This document shows positions 19,803 through 29,902 of a stretch of DNA of 64,000 bases, in pieces. The first letter of the stretch is position 1. Every line of letters starts with the position of its first letter. The notes beneath the pieces are model-generated. The model was not told the origin of the DNA, did not search any database, and saw only the letters and a program-made list of their open reading frames with translations. The position numbers and the translations under genes are program-made. The stretch is from contig DATLDN010000203.1 of the NCBI GenBank assembly GCA_035525855.1, forward strand, positions 4,737-68,736. The letters are read 5' to 3'. This DNA comes from Gemmatimonadaceae bacterium (lineage in GTDB: Bacteria; Gemmatimonadota; Gemmatimonadetes; Gemmatimonadales; Gemmatimonadaceae).

Positions 19803-20525
19803 ATGAAAATCAAGGCCTTGGCTAGTGCCATGTTGCTTTCGGCGCCATTATCTGCACAGCAAAGCGCCAATATAACGCCGATAGAGCCCATTCCCCAGAT
19901 AGTCGTCAGTAGTAGTGGACAGGTGAAAGTCTCGCCTGATCGAGCATCGATTCAAATCAGCGTGCAGACACGCGCTGCTACAGCTGCAGCTGCAGCAAGC
20001 GAGAACGCCACGAAACAAGCTGCGGTAATCGCCGCGTTACGTGGTCTGGGTTTGGCTGCCGATCAAATTTCGACAAGCGGCTACACCATTTATCCAGAGC
20101 AGCGATACGAGGCGAATCGTGAGCCCGTGATCACGGGTTACAACGTCACCAACACATTGACCGTTGAGATTCGGAAGTTGGAGCAGGTAGGTCCAGCGAT
20201 CGATGCGGCCTTGGCGAAAGGAGCGAACATGGTGACATCGCTTCAGTTCTATGCAGCGAATACCGAGGATGCGCGTAGGCGAGCGATCGAGATCGCCGTT
20301 CAGAAAGCGCGTCTAGACGCAGAGGCGGCGGCGCGCGCGGGCGGTGGAACCCTCGGCGGGTTGCTCGAAGTGTCTATCGGAGCATATATGCCGCCTCAAC
20401 CTCGCCCGATGATCATGATGCGCGCTGCCGCCGCAGCGCCCGATCAAGCTCAAACTCCAATCAACCCAGGCGAGGAAACCGTGTCCGTCGAAGTGAGTAC
20501 ACGATGGCGGTTTATTACCCGCTAA
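19803..20525 (+). CDS. SIMPL/DUF541 exported protein
   Basis: Signal peptide; VSPDRA, GYNVTN, GAN and PINPGE motifs. Confidence 0.88.
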   Translation: MKIKALASAMLLSAPLSAQQSANITPIEPIPQIVVSSSGQVKVSPDRASIQISVQTRAATAAAAASENATKQAAVIAALRGLGLAADQISTSGYTIYPEQRYEANREPVITGYNVTNTLTVEIRKLEQVGPAIDAALAKGANMVTSLQFYAANTEDARRRAIEIAVQKARLDAEAAARAGGGTLGGLLEVSIGAYMPPQPRPMIMMRAAAAAPDQAQTPINPGEETVSVEVSTRWRFITR

Positions 20526-20529
20526 TTGA

Positions 20530-20545
20530 ATTTTCACGTGAAACA
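20530..20545. other. parS site
   Basis: ATTTTCACGTGAAACA, 14/16 match to TGTTTCACGTGAAACA, upstream of parA. Confidence 0.85.
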
Positions 20546-20546
20546 G

Positions 20547-20573
20547 GGCCGTCGGCTTGCCGGCGGCCTTTTT
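20547..20573 (+). terminator. Intrinsic terminator between two parS sites
   Basis: GGCCGTCGGC-TT-GCCGGCGGCC-TTTTT. Confidence 0.7.
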
Positions 20574-20584
20574 CACGTGAAACA
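20569..20584. other. parS site
   Basis: TTTTTCACGTGAAACA, 15/16 match to consensus. Confidence 0.88.
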
Positions 20585-20622
20585 CATGCGGTACATTCCT
20601 GCTTCCACAAACCCGGGATGCT

Positions 20623-21414
20623 GTGGGCAGAGTTATCGCAGTTGCGAACCAAAAAGGCGGCGTCGGGAAAACGACAACCGCCGTAAACCTCGCGGCAAGC
20701 CTGGCAGCCGCCGAACAAAGAGTGCTGCTCGTCGATGGAGATCCCCAAGGCAACGCTACGAGCGGAATAGGCCTCAATCGCTCGGAGTTTTCCGAGACCC
20801 TCTATGACGTTTTGATCGCTGGACGCTCCATCTCGGCCATCCGGCAAAAAAACGTTGCACTTCCGCATCTTGATGTCGCGCCGGCAACACCCCACTTGGC
20901 GGGCGCCGAAGTCGAGCTGATTGATGTTCCAGATCGAGACTCCGCGATGCGACGAGCTCTCGAGCCAATACTTAAGGACTATGATTTCATCCTTATCGAC
21001 TGCCCTCCATCGCTGGGGTTGATCACCGTCAATATGTTGAGTGCCGCGGACGCAGTGCTGATTCCGTTGCAATGTGAGTACTACGCACTCGAGGGGTTGT
21101 CACAGCTGCTCGACACTGTCCACCGGATTCAGCAGGGACCAAACAAGAATCTTTCGATCATTGGGGTTCTTCTCACCATGTACGACGCACGTCTCAACCT
21201 CTCACGCCAGGTCGCGCAAGACGCACGGGATTATTTCGGCGCGAAAGTATTCACGAGCATAATTCCAAGAAACGTGAGGCTGGCAGAAGCACCAAGCTTC
21301 GGAAAGCCAATCATTCTTTACGACATCGGATCGGTGGGCGCGAGATCCTACATGAGCGTCGCGCGCGAGCTAATCGAACGGACAACCGCAGGAGAATCAA
21401 CAAATGGCGCCTGA
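20623..21414 (+). CDS. parA: Chromosome partitioning ATPase ParA/Soj
   Basis: NQKGGVGKTTT, DPQGNAT, DCPPSLG and RLAEAPSFG motifs. Confidence 0.97.
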   Translation: MGRVIAVANQKGGVGKTTTAVNLAASLAAAEQRVLLVDGDPQGNATSGIGLNRSEFSETLYDVLIAGRSISAIRQKNVALPHLDVAPATPHLAGAEVELIDVPDRDSAMRRALEPILKDYDFILIDCPPSLGLITVNMLSAADAVLIPLQCEYYALEGLSQLLDTVHRIQQGPNKNLSIIGVLLTMYDARLNLSRQVAQDARDYFGAKVFTSIIPRNVRLAEAPSFGKPIILYDIGSVGARSYMSVARELIERTTAGESTNGA

Positions 21415-22315
21415 AAAAACCCCGCGACGTCTCGGCCGCGGCCTCGATGCCTTATTCAGCAGCGCCCCACCTGCCGTCGAAGAGCCTCGATCAGCCTTAA
21501 AGGAAATTCCGATCACGAAGATTCGGATGAACCCCTTTCAGCCGCGAAAGGATTTTGCGCCCGATGCCCTTAAGGATTTACGGGAAAGCCTGAATTCATC
21601 GGGCCTTCTCCAGCCAATTACAGTGAGACCCTCGCGTGAAGAGGGATCGTTCGAGCTCGTTGCGGGTGAACGCCGCCTTCGTGCAGCAACAGAGCTTGGA
21701 TGGAACGCAATTAGTGCCGTCGTCAAAGACATCGACGACCGTGAGCTACTTGGGTTAGCGCTGATTGAAAATCTGCAGCGAAGTGATCTCAATCCGATCG
21801 AGGAAGCGGAAGGCTATAGCCGGCTCATCCAGGAATTCGGTCACACGCAGCAGACAGTAGCATCGATGGTAGGTCGCGATCGGTCGACGATCGCGAACAT
21901 GCTGCGGATTCTGCAGCTCCCGGAGCGAGTGAGACAAATGCTAAGAGATGGCTCACTCACCATTGGCCACGCGCGGCCGCTTCTCGGGTTGAGCGACGAA
22001 GCTCGAATAACGGAGCTCGCTGATGAGATTGTAAAACGAGGGTTGAACGCACGCGAGGTGGAGAACCGCGTTCGGCAATCGCCTATTGAAAAGACACCCA
22101 CAGTAAAACGCGGACGCCCAACGAAAAGGGATAGTCGTCCTCTCGAGATTCGTAGCTTCGAGGAGCATCTCCGCCGACTGCTCCAGACCGATGTGTCCAT
22201 CACCGCCGATGCCGACTACAAAGGCGCGATTCGAATCTCGTTTTATTCGCTCGAAGATCTCGAGCGCGTCGCGGATCTACTCGAGCCGTCGAACAAAACA
22301 ACCACTCTGCAATAA
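21404..22315 (+). CDS. parB: Chromosome partitioning protein ParB/Spo0J
   Basis: LGRGLDAL, NPFQPR, AGERRLRA and ENLQRSDL motifs. Confidence 0.97.
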   Translation: MAPEKTPRRLGRGLDALFSSAPPAVEEPRSALKEIPITKIRMNPFQPRKDFAPDALKDLRESLNSSGLLQPITVRPSREEGSFELVAGERRLRAATELGWNAISAVVKDIDDRELLGLALIENLQRSDLNPIEEAEGYSRLIQEFGHTQQTVASMVGRDRSTIANMLRILQLPERVRQMLRDGSLTIGHARPLLGLSDEARITELADEIVKRGLNAREVENRVRQSPIEKTPTVKRGRPTKRDSRPLEIRSFEEHLRRLLQTDVSITADADYKGAIRISFYSLEDLERVADLLEPSNKTTTLQ

Positions 22316-22323
22316 GGTGCAAA

Positions 22324-23331
22324 TTGCTACTAAATAGAGTGTTGTTAATCGGCCGAGCGGCAACCGCGGCGTTGAGTATTTCTGTCGCAATCACCGCCTG
22401 CGCGAAGAGAGACGACTCAGGAGCAGCGAACACATTTAAAGTTGCGCTTCTAACTCCGGGCCCTATCAGCGACCAATCATGGAATGGCGGCGCGTACAAT
22501 GGTCTGTTGATGATCCGCGATAGTCTCGGCGCAAAGATCAGCCACATTCAAACAAAAACACCCGCTGAGTTCGACGAAAACTTCCGGCAATACGGCGCGC
22601 AGGGATATTCGCTCGTCTTCGGTCACGGATTTGAATTCCAGGATGCCGCACTTCGTGTTGCGCCACAATTTCCAAAAACCATTTACATCACAACATCGGG
22701 CACCAGCACTGCGAAAAATGTCGCAGGCATTGAGTTCGCTTTTGAAGAAGCATCATATCTCGCAGGAATGATGGCCGGCGCTCTCACGAAAACCGGTATC
22801 GTCGGAATGATCGGAGGAACCGAGCTGCCTCCCGTGAAAAGAAGCTTCAGCGCATTCGCGCTTGGCGCTCACGCAACAAATCCAAATGTCAAAACAGTTA
22901 TCTCCTACATCGGAAACTGGGATGACGTTAGTGCAGGGAAGGAACAGGCGCTCACTCAGATCGGGCAGCGCGTGGATATCATCTTCCAGAACGCTGACGC
23001 TGCAGGACTCGGAATTTTTCAGGCAGCGAAAGAATCTCAGGGGGTTCGCATCATCGGCTCGAACTCCGATCAAAACAACGTCGCACCCGATGTCACGCTC
23101 GGCAGCGTGGTGATTGATCTGCCGGAAGCATTCCTCACTGTTGCGCGCGAGGTAAAAGAAGGTCGTTTTAAGCCGCGTGTAATTTCACTTGGGCTCCACG
23201 ATGGAATCGTCAAGCTGGTATTGAATCCACGACTTGACGCAACGATTCCCGCAAAGGTGAAGCAGTCGATCGATTCAGCACGCAAGGCGCTCGACTCCGG
23301 CGCTGGTGACATCAAACAAGTGCAGCAATGA
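22324..23331 (+). CDS. BMP-family ABC substrate-binding lipoprotein (nucleoside type)
   Basis: Lipobox ITAC, DQSWN, GFEF and SYLAG motifs; start uncertain. Confidence 0.88.
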   Translation: MLLNRVLLIGRAATAALSISVAITACAKRDDSGAANTFKVALLTPGPISDQSWNGGAYNGLLMIRDSLGAKISHIQTKTPAEFDENFRQYGAQGYSLVFGHGFEFQDAALRVAPQFPKTIYITTSGTSTAKNVAGIEFAFEEASYLAGMMAGALTKTGIVGMIGGTELPPVKRSFSAFALGAHATNPNVKTVISYIGNWDDVSAGKEQALTQIGQRVDIIFQNADAAGLGIFQAAKESQGVRIIGSNSDQNNVAPDVTLGSVVIDLPEAFLTVAREVKEGRFKPRVISLGLHDGIVKLVLNPRLDATIPAKVKQSIDSARKALDSGAGDIKQVQQ

Positions 23332-24125
23332 CCGAGCTTGGTGAATCCACAAGTATTTCGCTCGACACCGTAGTCGATTATCTCGATCAGCTACTCGAGA
23401 CATCCACCACTCCGGATTTTCCAAACGCAATTAATGGTTTGCAGCTCGCCAACAGCGGCACCGTAAGAAAGGTCGCAGCAGCTGTCGACTTCTCCGCGAG
23501 AACAGTTGCTGCGGCCGCTCAAGAGAATGCGGATTTGCTCATTGTTCATCATGGAATGTTCTGGCTAGGGACCGAACCCCTCGTCGGAACACGGTATGAA
23601 CGGATTCGGATGTTGATTGACCGCGACATTGCTGTCTATTCCTCACACTTGCCGCTTGATCGTCACCCACTCCTTGGAAACAACGCACTGCTTGCACGAA
23701 CTCTCGAGCTTGAGCCGTCGGATGGCTTCGCACGTTTCAAGGACATTTTCATCGGAGTGATGGGCACATCTGACATCCGAACGTCGACACTCATTGAACG
23801 CGCGAGAAGTTTCTCGCGCATGCACGGCGGAGAAACTATTGCACCGGGTGTTCAACCCGATCGTGTCACGCGACGATGGGCTATTTGCACAGGCAACGGC
23901 GCGTCAGCAGATACTTTGCGCGAAGCCATCGAGAACAACGTGGACACTCTTATCGTTGGCGAGGGTCCGCATTGGACTGCAGTCGACGCTGCTGAAAAAA
24001 ACATCGTCATCATCTACATGGGTCACTACGCGACAGAAACCCTGGGCGTATATGCGATTGCTGCCGAGCTGGAGCGGAAATTTCACATTGACGCTGTAAA
24101 CCTGTCGGCGCCGACTGGACTTTAA
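23328..24125 (+). CDS. Nif3-like dinuclear metal-centre protein
   Basis: NGLQ, IVHHG, SHLPLD and GHYATE motifs. Confidence 0.92.
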   Translation: MTELGESTSISLDTVVDYLDQLLETSTTPDFPNAINGLQLANSGTVRKVAAAVDFSARTVAAAAQENADLLIVHHGMFWLGTEPLVGTRYERIRMLIDRDIAVYSSHLPLDRHPLLGNNALLARTLELEPSDGFARFKDIFIGVMGTSDIRTSTLIERARSFSRMHGGETIAPGVQPDRVTRRWAICTGNGASADTLREAIENNVDTLIVGEGPHWTAVDAAEKNIVIIYMGHYATETLGVYAIAAELERKFHIDAVNLSAPTGL

Positions 24126-24133
24126 TTAAGAGC

Positions 24134-25600
24134 TTGCCGAACCCGCCTTCAGCAATATCGGCCGAGCCGACTCCATCCCTCGAGTTACGCAACATCAGCA
24201 AGCGCTTTGGCAACCTTCAAGCGGTCTCGCACGTTTCGCTCACTCTCCGTCCCGGAACGGTTCACGCACTGCTCGGCGAAAACGGAGCGGGAAAAACTAC
24301 GCTGATGCGAATTGCATTCGGTATGATCAGTCCGGACGACGGACAGATCACGATCGCGGGCAAGCCACTTCGATTACGCTCTCCCTCGGACGCGATCAAA
24401 GCGGGGATCGGCATGGTGCATCAGCACTTCATGCTGGTTCCTGCAATGTCCGTCGCAGAAAATTTGGAGCTGGGAAAAACCGGCAGGTACGATGCCCGTC
24501 GAGCCGCTGAGCGTGTCAAAGTAATCGGAGCTCAGACAGGACTCGACCTCGACCCCGACAGTCAGGTCAGCTCTTTGAACGTCGCAGCGCAACAGCGTTT
24601 GGAAATCTTGAGAGCGATTTCCCGCGACGCAAAAGTACTTATCCTCGACGAACCCACAGCAGTTCTTGCTCCTGCCGAATCTCAGGAGCTGCTCAAGGTC
24701 ATGCGCCGGCTGGTTGGCAACGGCACCAGCATCGTACTGATCACTCACAAGTTGCGCGACGCGCTCCGATACTCGGACGATGTGTCGGTGTTGCGTCGCG
24801 GCCGTCTTGTCATGAGCGCGCCGACAAGCGCTGTCACCGAAGAATCGCTCGCTGGTGCAATGCTGGGCCAGGAGTCACCTCAGTCGGCATCTCCGTCACC
24901 TTCAGTAACCACCCCTGCCGTTGATGCGCCGGTTATTCAAATCGAAAACGCGAGTATCGATGGCGCGCTTTCTGGTCGAGCGTTGACTGGGGTAAATCTC
25001 GAAATCGAGCGCGGCGAAATTATCGGCATTGCAGCACTCGACGGTGCCGCTGCAGATCTTCTTCGCGTTCTAGGGCGAAGGGCTAATGCGCGAGCGGGAA
25101 ACGCCAAACTGCCGCCGAACGCAGGGTTTATTCCTGAAGATCGGCACCGCGATGCAATGATCTCTGAGTTTCGTTTATTCGAAAACGTTGCACTGCGCGA
25201 GAGTGGCTTTCGTCGCGGACGTCTCGCCTGGTCTGCATTCCGCGCTCGAACCAATTCCATTTTGAATCGCTTTGACGTCCGAGCGCAGTCAATCGAAATG
25301 CGCGCAGGTGCGCTATCAGGAGGAAATCAGCAAAAGCTCGTACTCGGCAGAGAGCTGGATGACGACCCGGATGTCTTAGTCGCCGAGAATCCGACGCGAG
25401 GACTGGACATTCTGGCAACTGAAAATATCAAGCAGCATTTGCGAGCAGCCGCGGATCGCGGTTGTGCAATCATTTTTTATTCGAGTGATATCGAGGAGAT
25501 TGTCGAGCTCGCTAACCGGACGTTCGTCGTTCGTGATGGGGCACTCATTCCAGTGGAGAGCTCTGAAGAAGCCATTGGCTACGCCTTGTTGCGCTCATGA
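24134..25600 (+). CDS. ABC transporter ATP-binding protein (CUT2/nucleoside, two domains)
   Basis: GENGAGKTT, LDEPTAVL and LSGGNQQK motifs. Confidence 0.92.
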   Translation: MPNPPSAISAEPTPSLELRNISKRFGNLQAVSHVSLTLRPGTVHALLGENGAGKTTLMRIAFGMISPDDGQITIAGKPLRLRSPSDAIKAGIGMVHQHFMLVPAMSVAENLELGKTGRYDARRAAERVKVIGAQTGLDLDPDSQVSSLNVAAQQRLEILRAISRDAKVLILDEPTAVLAPAESQELLKVMRRLVGNGTSIVLITHKLRDALRYSDDVSVLRRGRLVMSAPTSAVTEESLAGAMLGQESPQSASPSPSVTTPAVDAPVIQIENASIDGALSGRALTGVNLEIERGEIIGIAALDGAAADLLRVLGRRANARAGNAKLPPNAGFIPEDRHRDAMISEFRLFENVALRESGFRRGRLAWSAFRARTNSILNRFDVRAQSIEMRAGALSGGNQQKLVLGRELDDDPDVLVAENPTRGLDILATENIKQHLRAAADRGCAIIFYSSDIEEIVELANRTFVVRDGALIPVESSEEAIGYALLRS

Positions 25601-26538
25601 TTGATTTCGCGACGCTGACTCTTATCAGCGACATGCTCGTTCGCGCTACGCCGCTGATTCTTGCCGGCCTTGCTGTCGCTTTTGCATTTCAGGCAGGCGT
25701 TCTGAATATCGGCGCCGAAGGTCAGCTGCTGATTGGTGCTGCGTCTGCAACATCAGTTGCACTCGCACTTACACCGCTGCTTGGACGCTTGGTTCTCCCA
25801 ATTGCGCTGATAGTCGGCGCAATTGCAGGAGGACTGTGGGCGTTGATTGCCGCCGAGCTACGCCGAAGATTCCGGGTGCTCGAAGTTATAAGCACGATCA
25901 TGCTTAACTTCGTTGCAATCTTCCTCGTTGGATTTCTCGTGCGCGGGCCGCTTCAGGAACCGACTCACATCTATCCACAAACCGTCGAGTTGAACCCCGA
26001 AGCACGCTTGCCAATCCTGATCCCGGGAACGCGACTTCATGCTGGCTTCGCGATCGCAGTAATCTGTTGTATTGCAGGTTGGTGGATTCTTCGACGCACA
26101 GCCGCAGGATTCAGACTTCGGATCATCGGCGCAAATCCAAGCGCAGGGAGAGTCGCTGGTCGGATCGACGTCGAGAAAACTGCGAGAAACATTTTTCTTG
26201 TGAGCGGAGCACTTGCGGGCCTCGCAGGCGCAATTGAAGTACACGGAGTGACATTCGCTCTATATGAAAATCTCTCTCCGGGATACGGCTATACCGCAAT
26301 CGCAGTTGCACTGCTCGCTGATTTGAATCCTTTGCTCGTGCTGGTCACTGGAGTGTTTTTCGGAGCTCTCGAGACACTTGCGAGCGCACTACAGCGAGAT
26401 GTGGGTATTCCGGCAACGCTCGTCTCGGTAATAGAGGCGTTGGTTGTGCTGATTGTTCTGGCGATTCAACGCCTTCGATCCGGACGCACGACGGTCATTC
26501 GCAAGGCTGCAGCGTATGCAGCCGTCAGCGAAACGTGA
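25597..26538 (+). CDS. ABC transporter permease
   Basis: NIGAEGQ, EVISTIMLN and GYGYTAIAVALL motifs. Confidence 0.9.
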   Translation: MIDFATLTLISDMLVRATPLILAGLAVAFAFQAGVLNIGAEGQLLIGAASATSVALALTPLLGRLVLPIALIVGAIAGGLWALIAAELRRRFRVLEVISTIMLNFVAIFLVGFLVRGPLQEPTHIYPQTVELNPEARLPILIPGTRLHAGFAIAVICCIAGWWILRRTAAGFRLRIIGANPSAGRVAGRIDVEKTARNIFLVSGALAGLAGAIEVHGVTFALYENLSPGYGYTAIAVALLADLNPLLVLVTGVFFGALETLASALQRDVGIPATLVSVIEALVVLIVLAIQRLRSGRTTVIRKAAAYAAVSET

Positions 26539-27452
26539 CCGATGTTGCCGCCGGGTTTCTGGAAAGCACGGTACGGACTGCAACACCCCTTCTATTTGCC
26601 GCGTTAGGCGAAACTGTTGTAGAGCGTTCCGGTGTGATCAACATCGCACTTGAGGCATCGATCATCTGCGGCGCGTTGGGTGGCGCGGTTGCATCGGCTA
26701 GCGCAGACCCATGGACAGCTTTGGCAGTCGCAGCCGTATCAGGACTCGCCATCTCTATTGTCTTTGCTGTTTTTGTGGTGGTACTGAGATCTGATCAGAT
26801 AATTACGGGAACTGCAATAACACTTCTCGGTCTTGGGCTCACCGGAACTCTCTATCGACAGATATTCGGTCCATCAGGTGCCGCGCTCACAATTACAACG
26901 ATGCACCCAACACCGATCCCGCTTCTCTCCGGAATTCCGGTAATTGGCCGAGCATTTTTTTCACAACCAGCGGCAACGTATCTGATCTACCTACTTCTTC
27001 CGGCAATGACATGGTGGATGTACAAAACGCATCCGGGACTCGGACTTCGAGCGATTGGCGAGAATCCCGAAGCTGCAATTGCTGCAGGCATACGCGCGTC
27101 ACGTGTTCAGTTCACAGCAATTCTGTTCGGCGGATTGATGGGCGGTCTTGCAGGAGGATTTCTTGTAATCGCGCAAGCCGGCACCTTCAGCGAAGGTATG
27201 TCAGCTGGTCGTGGATTTATTGCGATCGCTATTGTCGTGCTCGGACGATGGAAGCCTGTTGGCGTCGCGATCGCGGCTCTTGTGTTCGGAGCGACAACCG
27301 CACTTCAGTATCTCTTTCAAACAATGGGCTGGGATCTTCCCTATCAGCTATTTCTCGCACTCCCTTATGTGCTGACACTCCTGGCGCTTGCCGGGATTGC
27401 CGGCCGGGCGCATGCGCCAGCGAGTTTGGGGAAATGGATAACAACTGAGTAG
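26535..27452 (+). CDS. ABC transporter permease
   Basis: ERSGVINIALE, AIGENP, GRGFIAIA and LPYVLT motifs. Confidence 0.9.
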   Translation: MTDVAAGFLESTVRTATPLLFAALGETVVERSGVINIALEASIICGALGGAVASASADPWTALAVAAVSGLAISIVFAVFVVVLRSDQIITGTAITLLGLGLTGTLYRQIFGPSGAALTITTMHPTPIPLLSGIPVIGRAFFSQPAATYLIYLLLPAMTWWMYKTHPGLGLRAIGENPEAAIAAGIRASRVQFTAILFGGLMGGLAGGFLVIAQAGTFSEGMSAGRGFIAIAIVVLGRWKPVGVAIAALVFGATTALQYLFQTMGWDLPYQLFLALPYVLTLLALAGIAGRAHAPASLGKWITTE

Positions 27453-27456
27453 GAGC

Positions 27457-28383
27457 TCAGCATCCCGCGTAGGCGCTCTTCCATCGAAGTTTCCAGGTAC
27501 CGTCGGCCGAACGCTCCAGTGTTCCGACTTTTCCGCCGTCTTCGTAATCGATGCTGATTACGATCACCGCTTGCTTTGTCGATTTCAATTGAACTGCGGC
27601 GAGAACGTCGGTGGTTTCGAGCGATTCTTCGGCACCAGATGAGCGCGTAGTGAACACGGCGCGGTAACCACTGCCACTAGTTGGTTGCTCTGCAACAAGA
27701 AGAGTATGCTCTTCACGCGGGTTCGCTTCTTCGTTGATCTTGCGAACCACTTCCGCAACGATCGTCGGCACCACTGAGCCATCTATGCGTGAACCTCGTT
27801 TTACGGAGAACGGAAGGCCACGGAAAACGGAATCGCCCGCGCTATTGAGTGAGTTTGCAGCTTCGAGAGCGTCGTTTACAAACCGGGATGAATCGTTGCC
27901 GTGCATCGTTCCAAGCGAATTCAGTTTCAACCCGCTTGCTTGTCCGGCTTCCAAGCCGACTCGCCACGCCCTGGGAGCGGAACTAACAAAACTTGCGACC
28001 GGCCAATTCAAGCAACCGCTCGGATCTACGCGCTGCGACGATACGTGCAAAGTCGCCTGGCCAACTAACCCCTGTTGATTAAACAGGTCAACGGAAAGTG
28101 TATCGAGGCCAGTGAGCTCGAATTGCGTTGTGGATGCGAGTGTGCTGTCGGTTAGCCCAGGGAGCACAACACCAGCCCGCGAGCTATCACTGGCGAGCGG
28201 AAGAATCATTACGCGACCGAGGCTTTGGTCCCATCCGGTTCCAGTGCTCAAGCCCGTGACCGTCGAACTTGTCGATGTGTCACTTGTGACTGCCGGTGTA
28301 TTCCTCGGCGCATCATTGCAGCCGGCGTTGAACACCACGAAGATGGCACTCGAAACCAAAGAAAACACGCGGACAAAAGTCAT
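27457..28383 (-). CDS. Hypothetical lipoprotein
   Basis: Hydrophobic leader ending NAGC, Ser/Thr linker, terminal Cys; start uncertain. Confidence 0.7.
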   Translation of the reverse strand: MTFVRVFSLVSSAIFVVFNAGCNDAPRNTPAVTSDTSTSSTVTGLSTGTGWDQSLGRVMILPLASDSSRAGVVLPGLTDSTLASTTQFELTGLDTLSVDLFNQQGLVGQATLHVSSQRVDPSGCLNWPVASFVSSAPRAWRVGLEAGQASGLKLNSLGTMHGNDSSRFVNDALEAANSLNSAGDSVFRGLPFSVKRGSRIDGSVVPTIVAEVVRKINEEANPREEHTLLVAEQPTSGSGYRAVFTTRSSGAEESLETTDVLAAVQLKSTKQAVIVISIDYEDGGKVGTLERSADGTWKLRWKSAYAGC

Positions 28384-28456
28384 AGATGGTAATTTGTGCC
28401 CGAAATCGTTCACGCGTCGAGGCAATGTCCTCTAATTCCCAAGCTCGGACCACGAG

Positions 28457-29902
28457 ATGTCACATCCGTCGCACGCACAGCCGACAGTAACAGGAGAGGG
28501 CGAGATCAGGGCGTCACGAGCTCCGGCACTCGAGCGTTGGAGCTGGGCTCTCTACGATTTCGCGAATACGATCTTCTCGATGAACATCGCGACGTTGTAC
28601 TTCGCGGTGTGGCTTGTGTCGGACCTGCATGCGTCGAACACGATGGTCGCGCTGGGGAATGGAATTTCGTCAGCGCTTATTGCGATATCGATTCCAATCT
28701 TTGGCGCCATTTCTGATTCCACCCAGCGACGTAAGCCATGGGTTGTATGGTTCACACTCTTAACGTGCGCAGCTACTGCCTTTCTCGGTATCGTTGGCCA
28801 GACACAAGTACCTCTCATTGGTGATTCGATCATAGATCCGATCAGCTCGGCGCCCTACGTGCTCAGCGGCACAGTTGCAGTTCTCATTATCGCATCGTTT
28901 GTGGCCGCGAACTACTCGTACCAGGGTGCTTTGCCGTTTTACAACGCGATGATGGCGGAGCTTGTGCCGCCGAACGAGCAAGGACGATTGTCAGGTGCTG
29001 GAACAGCTCTCGGATATTTCGGGGCGATTGTCGGAGTACTCCTCGTTACTCCGTTCTTCAGCAGCTCCATGCCGTTACTCGGCAACATCTCGCCAGCTGT
29101 AATGGATGCACTGAGATCCGTCATCCCATTCACGTCACATGGCGGACGCGTTTCGACTTTCGTGCCGACAGCAATTCTCTTTCTTCTTTTCTCTCTTCCG
29201 CTTTTTCTTTTCTGTAGGGATCACAACGCGCGGAAGGGAAAAAGGGGAATCCCCTGGAGAACTGCGTTTGCAGAAGTCGGACACACTATTCGCGACGCGA
29301 AAAAGTATCCGGGGTCACTTCGATTCCTTATAGCGTCATTCCTGTATCAGGATGCGATCGGAACGATCATCGCTAATATGGCGTTATACGCCGTGATGGC
29401 GATGGGCTTCAAAAAGGGACTCGAAACAACGTTGTTTGTCGTGCTTACCGTGCCTGCTGTGATCGGCAGCTACGTCATTGGCCGTCTCGTTGACCGTATT
29501 GGCCCCAAGAAAAGTCTCGTGTTCACAATTATTTCGTGGGTCGTGCTTCTGATCTTGATGGTGATGGTTCCGAATCGTACGGGATTCTGGATTGTCGGAG
29601 GGTTGATCGGATTGATCTTTGGTGGAGTAGCAACGGCCGAACGCCCTCTGCTTCTAACCTTGGTACCGGACGTCGAAGCAGGACGATTCTTTAGCTTGAT
29701 GGTTTTATCTTCGCGCGCAGCAGCGATTGTTGGCCCATTCGTCTGGGCCTTTACAGTAGATGGAATGATTCCGTCGTTCGGGACCGGAACTGCGTACAGA
29801 GCTGGAGTTGTAACCGTTGCAATCGGGATGGCGGCTTCGCTGGCGCTGTTATGGGGCGTTCCGGATAAATGGAAAAAAACGACGACGGGCCCGAGCGACT
29901 AA
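28457..29902 (+). CDS. MFS transporter (UMF1/Atg22-like)
   Basis: WALYDFAN, FYNAMM and GRLSG..GYFG motifs; about 12 TM segments. Confidence 0.88.
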   Translation: MSHPSHAQPTVTGEGEIRASRAPALERWSWALYDFANTIFSMNIATLYFAVWLVSDLHASNTMVALGNGISSALIAISIPIFGAISDSTQRRKPWVVWFTLLTCAATAFLGIVGQTQVPLIGDSIIDPISSAPYVLSGTVAVLIIASFVAANYSYQGALPFYNAMMAELVPPNEQGRLSGAGTALGYFGAIVGVLLVTPFFSSSMPLLGNISPAVMDALRSVIPFTSHGGRVSTFVPTAILFLLFSLPLFLFCRDHNARKGKRGIPWRTAFAEVGHTIRDAKKYPGSLRFLIASFLYQDAIGTIIANMALYAVMAMGFKKGLETTLFVVLTVPAVIGSYVIGRLVDRIGPKKSLVFTIISWVVLLILMVMVPNRTGFWIVGGLIGLIFGGVATAERPLLLTLVPDVEAGRFFSLMVLSSRAAAIVGPFVWAFTVDGMIPSFGTGTAYRAGVVTVAIGMAASLALLWGVPDKWKKTTTGPSD

